The notes below the pieces were generated by a model. It was not told the origin of the DNA. It saw only the letters and a program-made list of their open reading frames with translations, and did no database searches. A DNA stretch of 63,625 nucleotides, the filler included, from Stramenopiles sp. TOSAG23-6 (taxonomy: Eukaryota): the NCBI GenBank assembly GCA_900128565.1. It is 9 parts of 9 records of this genome, joined end to end, with 100 filler letters (N's around TTAATTAATTAA, not from the genome) between each part and the next. Parts side by side here need not be neighbours in the genome. Positions count along the whole stretch, not along the records: positions 43,845 to 52,493 come from LT636430.1; positions 52,594 to 61,227 come from LT636431.1; 7 more parts are not named here. The stretch is one strand, 5' to 3'. Both the position numbers and the translations under genes were made by a program. Shown here piece after piece: positions 44,930-56,912 of the stretch. Position 1 is the stretch's first letter. Each line of letters starts with the position of its first letter.

Positions 44930-47900
44930 ATGTCGTTTGGAAAACCTAGAGTAAAGACGAAAAGGCGCCGGAGTAGGAATGCAACTTTTTCAAGGAAAGA
45001 GAGGCATCAATTATTTCAGCTATTCGACCTTAACCATGATGGAAAAGTAACTTTGGAAGAGGTAAAAAGGACATTTGCGAAAATAGACTCAAATAATGAT
45101 GGTATAATCGATCCTCAAGAGCTTGCAGCACTGCAAGTAGTTTTGTTTCAATGTGAAATGGTCGGTCAAAAGACGGTGTCTCGATTACAACTAAATTCAC
45201 TTTTAGATTCTAACAAGGATGGTACTATTGACTTCAAAGACGTGGTGTCTATTCTAAAACGACTTGAGCGTTGGAGCCCAAGAAGTTCCGAAGGGCGTAC
45301 TATAAATAATAGCTTCAGAACTAAAAGTGATCCACAATGGAAAGCAAGATTATGGGGTAAATGTTCGTTATACCAAATTCCCAAAAATAAAAACCAGACC
45401 ATGAGAGACGCAAGAAATCGAAAAACAATTTCAGAACGTGAAGCCCATATACCAAACAATGTCACACAAGTAAAACTTATGGATATACTAGAGGTGCCTA
45501 TCAGTAAGTTAGTAAAACTTTTGATTGAGAAAAAAACCTTGCAGTTAGAAAATCTATACGAAATTGTTATAGTTCTTTGGAATTTTTTCCATAGTATCAC
45601 ACTGAAAAATTCAAACCCCACAATTGACGAAAATAAAACGCTAACTAAAATGTCGCTATCAGTAATATCCAAAGCTTTAATGACTTATTGTAACCATGGT
45701 AAAAAAAATAATCGTATTACTGATGTCAATCATTTTAAACAGCAGATATTTAAGGCATGTTATAGCATTTTAAGATGTCCACATCTATGGCGTTCTATTG
45801 AGGATCCATTAAAATTTAAAAGTAAAAAGACAAAGTCAACACTAAAAGATGTTGGCGTTATTAGATCGCCGACTGCACCAGATATATCTTTGTCGTCTTT
45901 TAAACATAAACAACCTGAAATAGCTAAACATGACAATGACGCACATACTAAAAAGGCCGAGTTCAAAACTGATGACATTTATGATATGGCATTTAACTCG
46001 CTGAATAATTTAAATTCTCTTTATAATGAGAATAATACAAGCAACTCAGATAAATCCAAGTATAAACAAATGAAAAAGACGGAACACGCGTATGCTATAG
46101 ACGATGCAATCATAAAACATTCTAATAAAGTTGTAAAAATTAAGAAACAAAATGAAGATGAAAAGCATAATGCGAAGAAGAAATTTGAATTAGCAGAAAT
46201 ATCAGCTTTGAGGGGTATTCATACTGAGAAGGAAAAGTCAGAAGCAAATGCAAAAGACGAATATCAACGAAATATTACGGGAATTTTACATGAGCACTTG
46301 AATCCTGATTATGAGGAAAATGGTTCTGTGTTTACTGCAGTAGAAAATCAAATGGTTGTGGCAGCTAAGAAACATAAAAAGGAGATAGATTTTATTAATA
46401 CTGTTCGTAAGCGCGATACAGAACTTGCAGAAATTCAAGATAATGACTCATCACATATCAAAGCTGAATTTGACAAGTCAATAAATAAAGCTAAACAAAA
46501 GTATAAAACGGAAATAAAGCATATACTTGATGAATATTTTGATGCAAACAAGCATAGTTTACCGCGAAAAAGTCGTCTCACATACGATGTTATCACCATG
46601 AAAATGCTACGAGCAACAAATCAATTTTCTGAAAAATTGTGTGAAATTGGCGACCTGCACAATGACAATAAACGTGTTTTACAGAATAATACAGAACAAG
46701 AAGCTGTACATATTTTAAAAAATATCGAAAGCAAAAAAATCAAAGCGATGGCTCTAGCAAGATGCAATCATAACAAAACTATAAAAAAGGTATTAGGAAA
46801 GACCCCAGAAGTTTTATTTCCTTCTGTGAAAAAACACAATAACACGCGAGCTCTTGTTGTACAAGCCGTTATAAAAACCACAGAAAACTTTGTAATGGAA
46901 ACAAATAAAATTTGTAAAGACCATAAGTACAAAATGGAAGAACTAGAGATTCAAGGTAGTGATACAACACTTATTAACTCTGTGTTGGACGCGTCAATGG
47001 ATAAAGCAAAGCAAAGATATGAAATAGAAATGAAAACTATTATTTATAAATATTTTGATGCCGAAAAGTTAGATGGTCCATTGGATATCCAAGAATTGTT
47101 AATTGGCGTTTTAAACGCTGATGTTACTGACGAAATCCTAAAGATCAAAGCAGTACATTATGACAAAGAGAAACTCAGAAAAGAAAACTTGGAAAATGAG
47201 ACTACACTTGCTTTTAAAGATATTGCTGCTGCAAAGAAAGGATCTATGATGGCTGCAAATAAGGAGTATAAAATGAACATTAAGAAATTTCTTGATGGAC
47301 TCGTATTTGCTCGAAGAGATCTGAACAGTGAAAGATATCAGGAAACCAAACAAAAAATGATAGTTGTTGCAGCCAAGGCATACGTTACAGAAGTAGAATT
47401 TATTAATAGTACATACCATGGTGATATTGAAGAGGCCCGAGGAAATTATATATCGCGCATCAGTTCCAAGTTAGACTCATCATTGGCTAAAGCAAAAGAC
47501 AAGTATACTACAGCATTGAGGAGTATACTTGATGAAAAGTTTGGAAAAAATAAGGACATTAAAAAATCAAATCCTTTTTATGACGAGATCATTACTAAAT
47601 GTCTTAACATCAGTACACAACATACAAAGAAAGTTGACGAGATCAAAGTATTATATGATGGTAAAGTACAAGTTGCTTTGCGTGGCATTGATATTAATAT
47701 GCAGTATGACATTGATCATGCTAAACAAAAACATAAATCTTTCACAAAATCTATTCTGGAAAATAGCTTAAGTAATAATGAAAACAGCAATAAACAAGCA
47801 TACGCCGTGATTACCGAGCAAATGGTCAATGCTGCTATGGTCTATGTCAAACAAGTCAAGATGCAGACGGCACTTCATCGAAAGCGTACCGAAGCAACAT

Positions 47901-50900
47901 TTTCACAAGGCTTAGACCCCAAAATATATGAAACAAAAACATATATAAAAGCAAAATACGAAGCAAAAAAAAAGTATAAAATAGCAATGCAAACTATTCT
48001 TGATGAATATTGTAAGACAAACAGGTTTAGTGCATCACGAAAAGGTAACCTCAAATACAATATTATCACGCTAAAATTGCTCCGCGTGACAACACAATAC
48101 TCAGACAAAGTCGCAAGAATTGAAGCACTTCATGAAGGTGAAAATAAATTAAGTAGTCAGCATTTAGACAGTAAAATGGATATGGCAGTCCAAACAATCA
48201 ATGATAATAAAGATAGAGCAATAGCGAATGCACAAAATAATTATGAAATATCTATGAAGAATATGTTGGACAATTATTGCGATATTTTATACCCTAAAGT
48301 GATTGCTACTAAGAATTTGAATTCTGAAGTAGAACACCTCATTACTTCGTCAGCAACAACATACGCAGTAGAATCAGAGAAAATTAAAAGGAAATACGAA
48401 TTTGATATCCAAGATGCAAAAGCTCATCATAATAGTTCTGATCAAATTGTGCATGATTATAAACAGGCCTTAAAAAAGTTAAAGCATAGTTATATATTGG
48501 GAATGAATGATATATTTCGAGAGTATTTTGTAATGAATCATAAAGATGGATCAAACAATCAAAATAATATGGAAGATGATGAGATAGTTAAAAAGTGTAC
48601 AAATTTAGCCTCAGAGTATATCACTGCTTTATCTAAAATTAAAAGATTGTTTGACAATAAAAGACGTAATATTAAACAAGAAAAATGGGATAAAACTGTC
48701 GCTGCTATACATAGTTTGGAGAATGAGGAACGCATGTTGATAAATCAATCTAGGACAGAACAAATGAAAAAAGTCAACAGTATTTTTGATTCATATTTGA
48801 ACCAAGATGACACGTTTTCTGCAAATAAGGCACAACAAAGACTACAAGAAAATAATCACAGTCCAAGAATGAAGCTTCGGAAAATGAATCTAAATTTTCT
48901 GCGGCATGTATTAAATCATAATCCTGAAAAAATACAAGAAGACGTATCCGAAGATAAGAAACAAATTAATTTTCTTCGCGACAGATTGAATGTTGGTCCG
49001 AAAACTACAGAAGAAGATACATCTGAAAATAAAAAACAAATTAATTTTCTTCGTGACAAATTCAATGTTAGTCCGAAAATTGCGCATGAAAATATCTCTA
49101 AAGATAAAACACAGATTAATTTTCTTCGTGAAAAATTTAATGATAGCCCGAAAAAAGAAAAACAAGATATATCTGAAAATTATAATATGATAGAAGACAG
49201 TTTGGAAGAATTATATCGAAAGATAGATAGTTCATCTGGGAAAGATTTAGACCATGAGAGAATGAAGAAGAAAGTTATCGCTGTAAATATACAAGGTCCT
49301 CCAGGAAAGGATGGAATACAAGGACCACGTGGACCCCCAGGAAAGGATGCAATTTCAAATAGTAATGTTGTTGTTATATTGAAAGAAACCGAGAAAATTG
49401 ATGATAGTGAGGCCACGATAAAATCTCTTGTTGAAATCAAAAGTTCTTTGAATGATAATACAAAAAATAATATCCTCGTAATTAAGGGTTCAGATAAATT
49501 TGTTGAAGATGTTGATAAGCTCAATCCTAGTAAAGATTCCACAAAGCAAGCTCTCAGTGAGATCAAAAAAAGTTTAGACACAATAGTAGCCGTTGTAGAT
49601 AAAAACGCATCAAAAAATATTTTTGGCATTCCAAAAAATATTGTAACAAACGATGTAGAAGATGAATCAACAGAAATACAAGATGAATCAACAGAAATAC
49701 AAGATGATTCAACAGAAATACAAGATGATTCAACAGAAATACAAGATGACTCAACAGAAATACAAGATGACTCAACAGAAATTCATACTGAAATGGAAGA
49801 AATGCGAGATAGTGCATCAGAAATTCATGCTGAAATGGTAGAAATGCGAGATAGTTCATCAGAAATTCATGCTAAAATGGTAGAAATGGGAGATAAAGCA
49901 ACAGGAATGCAGGATGACACAGTAGTAGCAGAGGCCGATGCCATAGAAATGCAAGAGAAAGCAATGAAAATTTTGAAGATTTCAAATAAGAGGAGAGTGT
50001 CAGTGGGACTACCTCGACAAAATATAACAAGGCAAGTGCAGGAACTTATCAATCGCAGAAGAAGAGAGTTAGGATTATTCGATGACATTGAACCTTTAGA
50101 CTCTAGAAGAGCCGAATTAGGACTATTTCAAAAGAACAGTGATGTGAAAATGTCAGAGGCTGAAAATATGATAGCCAAGTTTGAAATGCCCGTGAGACCA
50201 TTTGGGAGTATTGGTACTGATCGAGACATTCAGAATGATTTGAGTATAGAAATGAGAATCCAACGAATGAAAGAAAGAGCAATCGAATCCGATAATATAG
50301 CTAAACATTCATTACGAAAACGTGCTACAAAAATGCAATCAGAAAGAAGGCTACGAAAATTATTAAAGGGGCATCCATATGGAAAGCCTTATCCTCATGC
50401 AATTGCGCGTAATATGAGATCTTTATGGAGACTACCAGAGGAGTATTCTGTAGATGACAAGCTATTCTATGATCGATTCTTCGAGGCAAAGAGCTATATA
50501 TATACCCCACCAAAATGTAATTTTGGTTTGTATTCATGTGAAGAAGATTACGAGAGAGATAAAAACGTAAATTTCCGCGTTGCTGAAGCTATCAGGGCTA
50601 TCGATAAATACTACAAGGGTAGTAGGCGTCTTCGAAAAATGTTTTTAGAACAGCCTCATTCCTCTGAGTACTACTGTGCATCACAATATTCTGACATAAA
50701 CACAATAACACCGCCATCTAGTAGGTTTGTAAATAAAATCCAAGAGAGCGTACGAGATTTTGCTACTATCGACTATTATGTGTGTACGCCCCACAACAAA
50801 TATCCTTGTTCTACAGTTTATACAGATAGACTACAATCAAAAATACCAAGTTCGAGAGAAGTCACAGAATCGGTAATGCGCAACAAAGTAGCTCGTTCTA

Positions 50901-50908
50901 TAGCGTAA
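44930..50908 (+). CDS. 1992-aa intronless EF-hand protein with helical repeats, short collagen-like segment and STEIQDD tandem repeats
   Basis: DLNHDGKVTLEE, DSNNDGIIDPQE, DSNKDGTIDFKD; GPPGKDGIQGPRGPPGKD; 21-nt repeats ~49660-49790. Confidence 0.75.
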   Translation: MSFGKPRVKTKRRRSRNATFSRKERHQLFQLFDLNHDGKVTLEEVKRTFAKIDSNNDGIIDPQELAALQVVLFQCEMVGQKTVSRLQLNSLLDSNKDGTIDFKDVVSILKRLERWSPRSSEGRTINNSFRTKSDPQWKARLWGKCSLYQIPKNKNQTMRDARNRKTISEREAHIPNNVTQVKLMDILEVPISKLVKLLIEKKTLQLENLYEIVIVLWNFFHSITLKNSNPTIDENKTLTKMSLSVISKALMTYCNHGKKNNRITDVNHFKQQIFKACYSILRCPHLWRSIEDPLKFKSKKTKSTLKDVGVIRSPTAPDISLSSFKHKQPEIAKHDNDAHTKKAEFKTDDIYDMAFNSLNNLNSLYNENNTSNSDKSKYKQMKKTEHAYAIDDAIIKHSNKVVKIKKQNEDEKHNAKKKFELAEISALRGIHTEKEKSEANAKDEYQRNITGILHEHLNPDYEENGSVFTAVENQMVVAAKKHKKEIDFINTVRKRDTELAEIQDNDSSHIKAEFDKSINKAKQKYKTEIKHILDEYFDANKHSLPRKSRLTYDVITMKMLRATNQFSEKLCEIGDLHNDNKRVLQNNTEQEAVHILKNIESKKIKAMALARCNHNKTIKKVLGKTPEVLFPSVKKHNNTRALVVQAVIKTTENFVMETNKICKDHKYKMEELEIQGSDTTLINSVLDASMDKAKQRYEIEMKTIIYKYFDAEKLDGPLDIQELLIGVLNADVTDEILKIKAVHYDKEKLRKENLENETTLAFKDIAAAKKGSMMAANKEYKMNIKKFLDGLVFARRDLNSERYQETKQKMIVVAAKAYVTEVEFINSTYHGDIEEARGNYISRISSKLDSSLAKAKDKYTTALRSILDEKFGKNKDIKKSNPFYDEIITKCLNISTQHTKKVDEIKVLYDGKVQVALRGIDINMQYDIDHAKQKHKSFTKSILENSLSNNENSNKQAYAVITEQMVNAAMVYVKQVKMQTALHRKRTEATFSQGLDPKIYETKTYIKAKYEAKKKYKIAMQTILDEYCKTNRFSASRKGNLKYNIITLKLLRVTTQYSDKVARIEALHEGENKLSSQHLDSKMDMAVQTINDNKDRAIANAQNNYEISMKNMLDNYCDILYPKVIATKNLNSEVEHLITSSATTYAVESEKIKRKYEFDIQDAKAHHNSSDQIVHDYKQALKKLKHSYILGMNDIFREYFVMNHKDGSNNQNNMEDDEIVKKCTNLASEYITALSKIKRLFDNKRRNIKQEKWDKTVAAIHSLENEERMLINQSRTEQMKKVNSIFDSYLNQDDTFSANKAQQRLQENNHSPRMKLRKMNLNFLRHVLNHNPEKIQEDVSEDKKQINFLRDRLNVGPKTTEEDTSENKKQINFLRDKFNVSPKIAHENISKDKTQINFLREKFNDSPKKEKQDISENYNMIEDSLEELYRKIDSSSGKDLDHERMKKKVIAVNIQGPPGKDGIQGPRGPPGKDAISNSNVVVILKETEKIDDSEATIKSLVEIKSSLNDNTKNNILVIKGSDKFVEDVDKLNPSKDSTKQALSEIKKSLDTIVAVVDKNASKNIFGIPKNIVTNDVEDESTEIQDESTEIQDDSTEIQDDSTEIQDDSTEIQDDSTEIHTEMEEMRDSASEIHAEMVEMRDSSSEIHAKMVEMGDKATGMQDDTVVAEADAIEMQEKAMKILKISNKRRVSVGLPRQNITRQVQELINRRRRELGLFDDIEPLDSRRAELGLFQKNSDVKMSEAENMIAKFEMPVRPFGSIGTDRDIQNDLSIEMRIQRMKERAIESDNIAKHSLRKRATKMQSERRLRKLLKGHPYGKPYPHAIARNMRSLWRLPEEYSVDDKLFYDRFFEAKSYIYTPPKCNFGLYSCEEDYERDKNVNFRVAEAIRAIDKYYKGSRRLRKMFLEQPHSSEYYCASQYSDINTITPPSSRFVNKIQESVRDFATIDYYVCTPHNKYPCSTVYTDRLQSKIPSSREVTESVMRNKVARSIA

Positions 50909-51045
50909 AAGTTGAACTTTACATTAAAATTGAAAAGAGACTGGTACTGTGAGCAGCACAGATAGCTTTATTTCCTTTACGTAAAAAAATTATAAAATTT
51001 ATCATATAATTTCAAATCATATTTTTTTTATTTATTTAGTAAGAA

Positions 51046-52435
51046 CTAATTCCAAAATGTTGCAGTATATTCTGGTGGATCGCCACGGGCTTCCATTTCC
51101 TTTTCAAACGCATGATCGCCTAGCCAATTCATTTTTGCTGCTATATCTAATGGCAGTAAACCTTCATATTGAGCTGCAAAGAAACGTGCCAAGGTCATTC
51201 GGAATTCATTAGCGGCTATATAGTGGTAAACAGATATGCTTGTACCAATTGTTTTTGTAGTTGCGTCAGATTTTACAGGGTATATTTCACCTGCACCAGT
51301 TGGCATCACCGTATGTAATCTTGGAACTATCAAGGGATATTTCTTACCGCAACTTTCAGGTGAAACAATTTTAACCACAGCATCAGCTTTTTCAACTTCA
51401 TGTATTTTGGAAAAATATTTCAAAAATATTTCGTTAGGTACAAAATTTCGTACGAAAAATAAATTCGAAATTGAAAAAAAAATAAAACGTACATTATGTT
51501 TTTGATCAGCAGAACAATTTTTATCATTTGTATTCTGTGAATCGATCATTAATATTCGCAATTGTTTTATTGCACACCAACGAAGTTCAAAACTTTGAGA
51601 TCCTACTGATCCCATCAATGAAGAAAGTAATGCACCATATTTTATTTTACAACAATGTAGATTTTCTAAAAATTCATTTTCACATGCAAGCATATCTTTG
51701 TTTAAAGAAGGTGTTAATTTGCCAATGACTAATAATAGCAATTTGTTCCACAAATTGCGACTCATTTGAGAATTTCTCATTCGATGTTCGATTATATGCA
51801 TTTATTTTGGAAAAATATTTGAAAAAAAAAACTTAAATTCGTTAGGTACAAAATTTCGTACGCAAAAATAAATTCGATTTTTCTGTTAAAAAAAAATAAA
51901 ACATACGAATCCTCAAGAGAAATTTGAGGAACTGCACAGGATTTTTTCGAGGAGCCAACTGCAGCAGTTACTACACCAACAGCTTTTTCTAAGAGCGTTG
52001 TTCCCATCCCTTTGCTACTACTGACATGTCCGCTATTTAGTTGATCTTGCTGTCCAACACATTTATTTTGGAAAAATATTTGAAAAAAAAATCATTAGGT
52101 ACAAAATTTTTATAAAAAAAAAATTCGAATTTGAAAAAAAATAAAACATACATAATGATCGAGCAAGCAATCGAAGACCTAACACACATAAACTTTCGGA
52201 TTTGCGTGACAATAAAGAAGCCCAAGTTTTTTTCACTGTTGCTTTTATCGAATGTAAAATATATGCGGGAACATTTCGGAGGAATATTTTTATCACTGGA
52301 ATTATATCTATATCGGAAAGATTTGAATCTGAAATATAGTTCAAAATTTCTACAGAACTTATGACAATGTTTGACCTCAAACCATTAATTGTGTCATGTT
52401 TATCTATGCTATTTTGCGTAGTACCATTAAAACTA
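51046..52435 (-). CDS. hypothetical helical (HEAT-like) protein, 3' exons
   Basis: Minus-strand ORF pieces separated by four family introns. Confidence 0.5.
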
Positions 52436-52593
52436 TTGATTTTGGAAAAATATTTCAAAAAAAAATCTAAAAAAAATTGTTAGGTACAAAATTNNNNNNN
52501 NNNNNNNNNNNNNNNNNNNNNNNNNNNNNNNNNNNNNTTAATTAATTAANNNNNNNNNNNNNNNNNNNNNNNNNNNNNNNNNNNNNNNNNNNN

Positions 52594-54799
52594 ACGAAAT
52601 TTTGTACCTAACGATTTTTTTTTGAAATATTTTTCCAAAATACATGAACATTGTGGTGCTGTTATTGGAATTGATCTCATCACAAATAAAGTCTGTTTTT
52701 TTTCTGACTGTGGTGGAATTAGTCCTAACCTTTACAAAAGTAAAAATTCTAAACATTCTACAAAATGTAATACAAAATGTAATACAAAATCTAAAAGTCG
52801 TATTAAATGTCAATCACTCATACGAAAATGTAAACAAGTCAAAGGTGGTATGCTTTGTGATGAACCAGGTTTAGGCAAAACTATTACAATACTTGCTTTA
52901 ATACTACGCTCTGTTGGTCGGTATGCTGTGACACCTCGTCGATGTCCAATTTATTTTTCACAAAATGTGGAAAATGGGTCAAGAAGAGATCAACGAAGAG
53001 TTTGTGCAATGAGTAAATTGATACATTTAGATTCTAATTTACTTCAATCATTCACAACATTAATCATTGTTCCACCACCACTTATTGAACATTGGGCGAA
53101 TCAAATGAAAGAGCATGTTGATTGGCGATATGTAAACTATACAAATAAAAGTAAAAACACGAAAAACACTAAAAAGACTAAAAAAAAAAACATTGTGTTT
53201 CAAAATCGCATTGACCGTGAAAAACATGAAAAAGAATTAGCGTTTCAAGCATCGGTGTATATTGACGATGGTAAATCTAATATACCTGATCCAGAAACTC
53301 TTGCATCCTATACAATTGTTCTTACCTCTTTACAACGTATGAGCACTGAGCAAATGAAGCAAGATCGATCAAAGAGATTGAGAGAGGAAGTAGACAACTC
53401 TAGTTATAGCAGTATCGATGATACAGTAGAATGTTATGTATCACCATTTTGTAGATTACGATGGCTTCGTATTGTTGTTGATGAAGGACATAAAGTGGCT
53501 TCAAATTGCTCATCGATGACTGTCTTTGTAATGTCGCTCACGAAAGAACGCACATGTATGTTTTCAGTATGATTTTTTTTTGAAATTTTTTTTCATACGA
53601 AATTTCGTACCTAACAAAATTTTAAATTTTTTTGAAATATTTTTTCACAGTTCATGGGTCATGACTGGAACTCCAACAAAAGAAATAGATGATACTACGG
53701 CCTTAAAAAATCTACTTGGATTATTACAATTTATCCGACACGATCCATTCGGTCGATTTTATCCATCTAGATTGTGTGGTGAGAATGATATTTCTAGTAG
53801 TCTAAATTCTTCTTCATTTTCCACTTTAGGATGTGACCTTTGGCGTCGATTAGTCTCAAAACCATTATTGGCTGGTCGACAAGATGGTTTTATTCGTTGT
53901 CAGCGTGTAATGCAATCATTGATGGTACGTCACACGAAAGCGGATGTTCCTGATATACCCATTCCTATTCGACGGAATCATTATATTACATTGAATCCAA
54001 ATGAGTTACATGATTATAATACAAGAGTCGCATTTACACGTACAAATATTTTAATGACTGTACGACCCGCTGATGGATATGTACAACCTGAATCTTTACT
54101 AAATCCATCAAATTCAAGAGATGCACGTAATAATATAAGAGCAATTCAATTAATGTGTTGTGGTGGAGGACGACAAATCCCATCGATTACAGATTCAAAT
54201 AGAGAATCGACTAAAACTATGATGATGTCCGTACCATGTTGGAAATTGGGAGATGGAAAAGATCATTCAAAATGTGCTCGAGGTCAATTGGGTGCATCTG
54301 ATGGACACTGGTGTCGACATTATAAAATCGAAAAAAAAGGTTTACTTTCGATTGATAATAGAAAAATGAATGGTTTGGGATGTACTGAGCGTGTACGTCT
54401 TTTGCATTACAATTTTAAATTATATTTTTTTTTTTTTGTATGAAATTCCATACCTAACAAATGTTTTTTTAATATTTTTTTCATACTACATGAATGGCAA
54501 CGAGTAGATGATTTCATTGGTAGGGCCATTACAGGTGATGATAGTGTATGTGGCATGTGTGGAATTAAAGTTCAGTTATTACTTGTCACGCCTTGCTCCC
54601 ATTTATTTTGTGTGGATTGTATCCAGAGAAGTTTTTGGGAATGTCAATTATGTAAAAACATTCATCTTTTTGAAGATCTTCAAGTTTTACAACCTGGTTT
54701 TGAATTGAATTGGGCAGAGACTAAATCAGAAAGCTTGGCAAGAAGAAAGGAATTATTTAATCAAAGGCGAATGCTTCAACAACAGAGAGTTGATTCCAA

Positions 54800-54837
<38 letters not shown>

Positions 54838-56708
54838 ACATAGAAAGTGAATATAATGATATGGAAACAAATATTGTTACGTCAATGAGTATCTCACAAG
54901 GTATGGCAACGCAAGGAGGTTCTAAAGCCAAATATTTATGTGAAAGGATTAAATCCTTGAGAGAAAATGATACTCGACAATTACGAAGATTAATGCGTAG
55001 GAAATCTCAGTGTGTATGTTTTCAAAAAATGATTTTTATTTTCGTACAAAATTGTATACCTAACAATTTTTTTTTTATTTTTTTTTATTTTTTTACATCT
55101 AACAAAAACATTGTACTATAGAAATATTTCTTCACAATACATGGTGAAAATAATGGTAAAAAAATAGAATTTTCTCCTTGTAAGATTATTGTATACAGCC
55201 AATGGCGTAAAGTATTAAATCTTGTAGGTAATGATTTAATCCATACTTTTGGTCAAGATGCTGTTGCTGAGTTTTATGGTAAATATCGTAGTGAAGAAAT
55301 GCATAAATTTAGATATAATGAACAAAGAGAATGGATATGCAAATATTGTAAATATAATAATCTTTCTGCTGACTCTTGTTGTCAAAATAGTTATTTACTG
55401 GTTAAATTTGAAATTGCTACCGAAACGACTACAAATACAAATACAATGGGTAATACTCCAAGACACATTGATGACTCTTTGAATTCGTTTTGGTCTGGAT
55501 GGGAAGAAAATTGTATTGGATTACCTGATAAACCACCATATAACAAAAGAAAACGAACTGTAGAACATTCTGAAGGGTATAGATACATGTGGATATATTC
55601 TGTAAATGTTGATAATTATTCTCTAGGTCAAAGGTACAACATTGGTGATGTTATTGTAACTTTTGGAAGGCCTGGTATTGTTGTGGACAGATCTCATTGT
55701 GGTTGTAATCAACTTCAAGCAACTCATAGATCTCGACGTGTTGATTGCTCTGTGATGCTTCTCGGCTCAGATGGAAGTCTTGGACTTGATCTTTCCTTTG
55801 TAACTCATATATTTCTACTTGATAAAATATGGGCATTTGATTTGGAACAACAAGTCGTTGCACGTGCCCATCGTATGGGAGCTGTACAACCTGTAATTGT
55901 AGAACAATTAATTGCTCGTGGAACGATTGAAGAATTAATGATGTCAATGGGTTCTCGCAATCATGTTTCAGATTCAAAGAATGAACAAGGAATGATGATT
56001 GATGACAAAAAAAACGAAAATTGGAAATGTATGCTATGTGACCTTGAACTAAATAAGAAAATTGCACCTGCTGGACATTTGTGTCTTGCATGTCTCGCAG
56101 AGCGTGAAAAATTGACAACACCAACAGTGGGTAAAGTTCGGAAAAGAGTTCCAAGTCGAAATGACATACATCTTGGTTTAGCTACAAAAAAACGTAAGAG
56201 TGGAAACCGTCGTCGTATTCTTCGTGGAACTGCTGTTGAAGATCATGCAAAAACAATTTATATTTTAAATAATATTTCATTACTCCGAAGACATTTATTG
56301 AGAGATGATAAAGAGGTAGAACGTATACATAATAATAATAATAATCATAATAATAATAATAATAATAATCATTATAATCATTATAATAATAACGAGACTG
56401 GTCATGAGGATGTAGATAAAAATGTTACAAATCAATATAATATGACACACAATCAAAATAATATTGATGTTTTAAATAATAAAAAAGTCCGTTTGGATAC
56501 AAATAGTGGACGGAAGACTCAGGAAATTCGCAATTCGTTAGGTACAAAATCTAGTACGAAAAAACAAAAATCAATTTCAGTTTTGCCAAGTGTCAACCCT
56601 CTAGGTGTTTGGTACTGTAGGAGTGGGTGTGGGAAATTTTTTCAAGATGAAAATGGTGAAATTAAACATTATAATAGGAGGTTTAAATATTGTTCCTCAT
56701 TTAAATAG
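52594..56708 (+). CDS. SNF2/Rad5-like helicase with internal RING finger, 5'-partial
   Basis: GGMLCDEPGLGKT, RIVVDEGH, T|WVMTGTP, CGMC..TPCSHLFCVDC, KIIVYSQW, GLDLSF, EQQVVARAHRMG; GT-AT introns 53556-53655, 54393-54491, 55014-55142 all restore the frame. Confidence 0.92.
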
Positions 56709-56912
56709 ATTATGAAATGAAAATTTTGAGTCTGTTTCTGAATTTATAAACAGAAATCAACTCATTCTAAATAAACCGTATTATATAGATTGTATGAAAT
56801 TTATATTTATTTTTTTCAATTTTAATTGAGAGTGTAATAAAAAAAAATAATAATTTCATCCATTTGTTTTTGTTTGACGTTGTTTTACATAAAAAAATAT
56901 GAAAGCAATATC

